Origin: Eledone cirrhosa
Taxonomy: Eukaryota
Direction: 5' to 3'
NCBI GenBank assembly: GCA_964016885.1
Contig: OZ024743.1
Span: 270,754,001-270,818,000, forward strand
Length of the DNA: 64,000 nucleotides
The notes under the pieces: generated by a model
Database searches by the model: none
What the model was told of the DNA's origin: nothing
Seen by the model: the letters and a program-made list of their open reading frames with translations, nothing else
Made by a program: the position numbers and the translations under genes
Shown here: positions 60,001 to 64,000 of the stretch, piece by piece
How positions within the stretch are numbered: position 1 is the stretch's first letter
Layout: each line of letters starts with the position of its first letter

Positions 60001-63000
60001 TATACAGCCAGAGTGATATTTCGCCAGAGTGATATACCGCCAGAGTGATATACCGCCGGAGTGATATACCGCCAGAGTGATATACAGCCAGAGTGATATA
60101 CCGCCAGAGTGATATACCGCCAGAGTGATATACAGCCAGAGTGATATTTCGCCAGATTGATATACCGCCAGAGTGATATTTCGCCAGAGTGATATACCGC
60201 CACAGTGATATACCGCCAGAGTGATATACCGCCAGAGTGATATACCGCCAGAGTGATATACCGCCAGAGTGATATACCGCCAGTGTGATATACCGCCAGA
60301 GTGATATACAGCCAGAGTGATATACCGCCAGAGTGATATACCGCCAGAGTGATATACCGTCAGAGTGATATACCGCCAGTGTGATATAGCGCCAGAGTGA
60401 TATACCGCCAGAGTGATATACCGCCAGAATGATATACCGCCAGAGTGATATACCGCTAGAGTGATATACCGTCAAAGTGATATACCGCCAGTGTGATATA
60501 CCGCCAGAGTGATATACCGCCAGAGTGATATACAGCCAATGTGATATACCGCCAGAGTGATATACAGCCAGAGTGATATACCGCCAGAGTGATATACAGC
60601 CAGAGTGATATACCGCCAGTGTGATATACCGCCAGAGTGATATACCGCCAGAGTGATATGCCGCCAGAGTAATATACAGCCAGAGTGATATACCGCCAGT
60701 GTGATGTACCGCCAGAGTGATATACCGCCAGTGTGATATACCTCCAGAGTGATATACCGCCAGTGTGATATACCGCCAGAGTGATATACCGCCAGTGTGA
60801 TATACCGCCAGAGTGATATACAGCCAGAGTGATATACCGCCAGAGTGATATACCGCCAGAGTGATATACAGCCAGAGTGATATACAGCCAGAGTGATATA
60901 CAGCCAGAGTGATATACCGCCAGACTGATATACCGCCTCAGTTATATACCGCCAGAGTGATATACAGCCAGAGTGATATACCGCCAGAGTTATATACCGC
61001 CAGAGTGATATACCGCCAGAGTGATATACCGCCAGAGTGATATACAGCCAGAGTGATATACCGCCAGTGTGATATACAGCCAGAGTAATATACCGCCAGA
61101 GTGATATAACGCCAGAGTTATATACAGCCAGAGTGATATACCGCCAGAGTGATATACCGCCAGAGTTATATACCGCTAGTGTGATATACAGCCAGAGTGA
61201 TATACAGCCAGAGTGATCTACCGCCAGAGTGATATACCGCCAGAATGATATACCGCCAGAGTGATATACAGCCAGAGTGATATACCGCCAGAATGATATA
61301 CCGCCAGAGTGATATACAGCCAGAGTGATATACCGCCAGAGTGATATTTCGCCAGAGTGATATACTGCCAGAGTGATATACCGCCAGAGTGATATACCGC
61401 CAGAGTGATATACAGCCAGAGTGATAAAACCACCAGAGTGATATACCGCCAGTGTGATATACCGCCTGAGTGATATACCGCCAGAGTGATATACAGCCAG
61501 AGTGATATACCGCCAGAGTGATATACCGCCAGAGTGATATACCGCCAGAGTGATATACAGCCAGTGTGATATACCGCCAGAGTGATATACCGCCAGAGTG
61601 ATATACAGCCAATTTGATATACCGCCAGAGTGATATACAGCCAGAGTGATATACCGCCAGAGTGATATACAGCCAGAGTGATATACCGCCAGTGTGATAT
61701 ACCGCCAGAGTGATATACCGCCAGAGTGATATGCCGCCAGAGTGATATACCGCCAGAGTGATATACAGCCAGAGTGATATACCGCCAGAGTGATATACCG
61801 ACAGAGTGATATACCGCCAGATTAATATACCGCCAGAGTGATATACCGCCAGTGTGATATACCGCCAGAGTGATATACCGCCAGAGTGATATACCGCCAG
61901 AGTGATATACCGCCAGAGTGATATAGCGCCAGAGTGATATACCGCCAGAGTTATATAGGCCAGAGTGATATACAGCCAGAGTGATATACAGCCAGAGTGA
62001 TATACCGCCAGAGTGATATACCGCCAGCGTGATATACCGCCAGATGATACACAGCCAGAGTGATATTTCGCCAGAGTGATATATAGCCAGTGTGATATAC
62101 CGCCAGAGTGATATACCGCCAGAGTGATATACAGCCAATGTGATATACACCCAGAGTGATATACCGCCAGAGTGATATGCCGCCAGAGTAATATACAGCC
62201 AGTGTGATATACCGCCAGAGTGATATACCGCCAGTGTGATATACCGCCAGAGTGATATACCGCCAGTGTGATATACCGCCAGAGTGATATACAGCCAGAG
62301 TGATATACCGCCAGAGTGATATACCGCCAGAGTGATATACAGCCAGAGTGATATACACCCAGAGTGATATACAGCCAGAGTGATATACCGCCAGAGTGAT
62401 ATACCGCCAGAGTGATATACAGCCAGAGTGATATACCGCCTCAGTTATATACCGCCAGAGTGATATACCGCCAGAGTGATATACAGCCAGAGTGATATAC
62501 CGCCAGAGTGATATACCGCCAGAGTGATATACCGCCAGAGTGATATACAGCCAGAGTGATATTTCGCCAGAGTAATATACCGCCAGAGTGATATACCGCC
62601 GGAGTGATATACCGCCAGAGTGATATACAGCCAGAGTGATATACCGCCAGAGTGATATACCGCCAGAGTGATATACAGCCAGAGTGATATTTCGCCAGTG
62701 TGATATACCGCCAGAGTGATATACCGCCGGAGTGATATACCACCAGAGTGATATACAGCCAGAGTGATATACCGCCAGAGTGATATACCGCCAGAGTGAT
62801 ATACAGCCAGAGTGATATTTCGCCAGAGTGATATACCGCCAGAGTGATATATCGCCGGAGTGATATACCGCCAGAGTGATATACAGCCAGAGTGATATAC
62901 GGCCAGAGTGATATACCGCCAGAGTGATATACAGCCAGAGTGATATTTCGCCAGATTGATATACCGCCAGAGTGATATTTCGCCAGAGTGATATACCGCC

Positions 63001-64000
63001 ACAGTGATATACCGCCAGAGTGATATACCGCCAGAGTGATATACCGCCAGAGTGATATACCGCCAGAGTGATATACCGCCAGAGTGATATACCGCCAGTG
63101 TGATATACCGCCAGAGTGATATACCGCCAGAGTGATATACCGCCAGAGTGATATACCGCCAGAGTGATATACCGTCAGAGTGATATACCGCCAGTGTGAT
63201 ATAGCGCCAGAGTGATATACCGCCAGAGTGATATACCGCCAGAATGATATACCGCCAGAGTGATATACCGCTAGAGTGATATACCGTCAAAGTGATATAC
63301 CGCCAGTGTGATATACCGCCAGAGTGATATACCGCCAGAGTGATATACAGCCAATGTGATATACCGCCAGAGTGATATACAGCCAGAGTGATATACCGCC
63401 AGAGTGATATACAGCCAGAGTGATATACCGCCAGTGTGATATACCGCCAGAGTGATATACCGCCAGAGTGATATGCCGCCAGAGTAATATACAGCCAGAG
63501 TGATATACCGCCAGTGTGATGTACCGCCAGAGTGATATACCGCCAGTGTGATATACCTCCAGAGTGATATACCGCCAGTGTGATATACCGCCAGAGTGAT
63601 ATACCGCCAGTGTGATATACCGCCAGAGTGATATACAGCCAGAGTGATATACCGCCAGAGTGATATACCGTCAGAGTGATATACAGCCAGAGTGATATAC
63701 AGCCAGAGTGATATACAGCCAGAGTGATATACCGCCAGACTGATATACCGCCTCAGTTATATACCGCCAGAGTGATATACAGCCAGAGTGATATACCGCC
63801 AGAGTTATATACCGCCAGAGTGATATACCGCCAGAGTGATATACCGCCAGAGTGATATACAGCCAGAGTGATATACCGCCAGTGTGATATACAGCCAGAG
63901 TAATATACCGCCAGAGTGATATAACGCCAGAGTTATATACAGCCAGAGTGATATAACGCCAGAGTGATATACCGCCAGAGTTATATACCGCTAGTGTGAT
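60000..64000. repeat. HOR C: 2815-bp offset repeat; about 60.0-61.2 kb is repeated at about 62.8-64.0 kb and continues off the window
   Basis: GCTAGAG...CGTCAAAG at 60471 and 63286; TACCTCCAG at about 60739 and 63554; GCTAGTGTG at about 61175 and 63990. ORF starts 60475 and 63290 differ by 2815. Confidence 0.88.

Larger units (their letters stand above)
1..64000. repeat. Satellite/minisatellite array of a 16-bp monomer (CCGCCAGAGTGATATA), about 4000 head-to-tail copies, open at both window ends
   Basis: Read directly: every line consists of GCCAGAGTGATATAC(C/A/G) units. Line starts at 1 and 63841 (63840 = 3990 x 16) are in the same phase (ATACCGCCAG). No non-repeat insert or inversion was seen. 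Confidence 0.99.

Noticed and set aside
471-63290. All minus-strand ORFs in the supplied track (65-1106 aa) as genuine genes
   Set aside because: They overlap in all three frames, encode the same 16-aa repeat, begin and end at sporadic point variants, and have no unique domain. The 16-bp period is not codon-phased. They are arithmetic consequences of a stop-free strand.
1-64000. CRISPR array
   Set aside because: The repeats are contiguous with no unique spacers, the unit is shorter than CRISPR repeats, and there is no leader or cas gene.
1-64000. Telomerase-synthesised telomeric repeat (some budding yeasts use long units, including 16 bp)
   Set aside because: There is no G-rich/C-rich strand bias (4 G and 4 C per monomer) and no match to telomeric repeats I know. 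Kilobase-scale copying of variant strings points to recombination, not templated addition. A subtelomeric location is not excluded.
1-64000. Plasmid or phage iterons, or a synthetic operator array
   Set aside because: Iterons occur in a few to tens of copies next to a rep gene, and synthetic arrays have linkers or cloning scars. Neither is present.
1-64000. TATA-box or GATA-factor regulatory sites (GATATA, TGATA)
   Set aside because: These short motifs are part of the monomer, do not match the full TATAWAW or WGATAR consensus in the consensus unit, and have no gene nearby.
1-64000. Pure sequencing or amplification artefact (rolling-circle concatemer)
   Set aside because: Variants are inherited hierarchically across nested duplications of several sizes, which random error on one circular template would not give. 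Mis-assembly of individual near-identical blocks remains possible.
1-64000. Inversions, embedded transposons or unique islands
   Set aside because: No reverse-complement monomer (TATCACTCTGGC) or non-repeat stretch was seen on the plus strand, and the small indels I counted fully account for the phase across the window.

Overview
The whole 64 kb window is one uninterrupted, head-to-tail tandem array of a 16-bp monomer, consensus 5'-CCGCCAGAGTGATATA-3' (50% GC). It holds about 4000 copies in a single orientation and runs off both ends of the window. I see no unique sequence, genuine gene, RNA gene, transposon or CRISPR spacer. Every ORF in the supplied track is a by-product of the repeat: the minus strand of the consensus has no stop codon, so three monomers (48 nt) read as YITLAVYHSGGISLWR in all three frames, while the plus strand has TGA in every monomer. 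The informative signal is the pattern of variant monomers, which shows nested higher-order repeats (HORs). These include small 64-912 bp duplications, units of about 2.7-3.1 kb (2815, 2703/2719, 3103 bp), a 5441-bp duplication, units of about 8.3-8.6 kb, and an 11,549-bp offset. Several of these events can be put in time order from shared SNPs. This looks like a eukaryotic-type satellite array, possibly (peri)centromeric, subtelomeric or heterochromatic, but neither host nor function can be determined from the sequence alone. I found no evidence of a novel protein-coding system.
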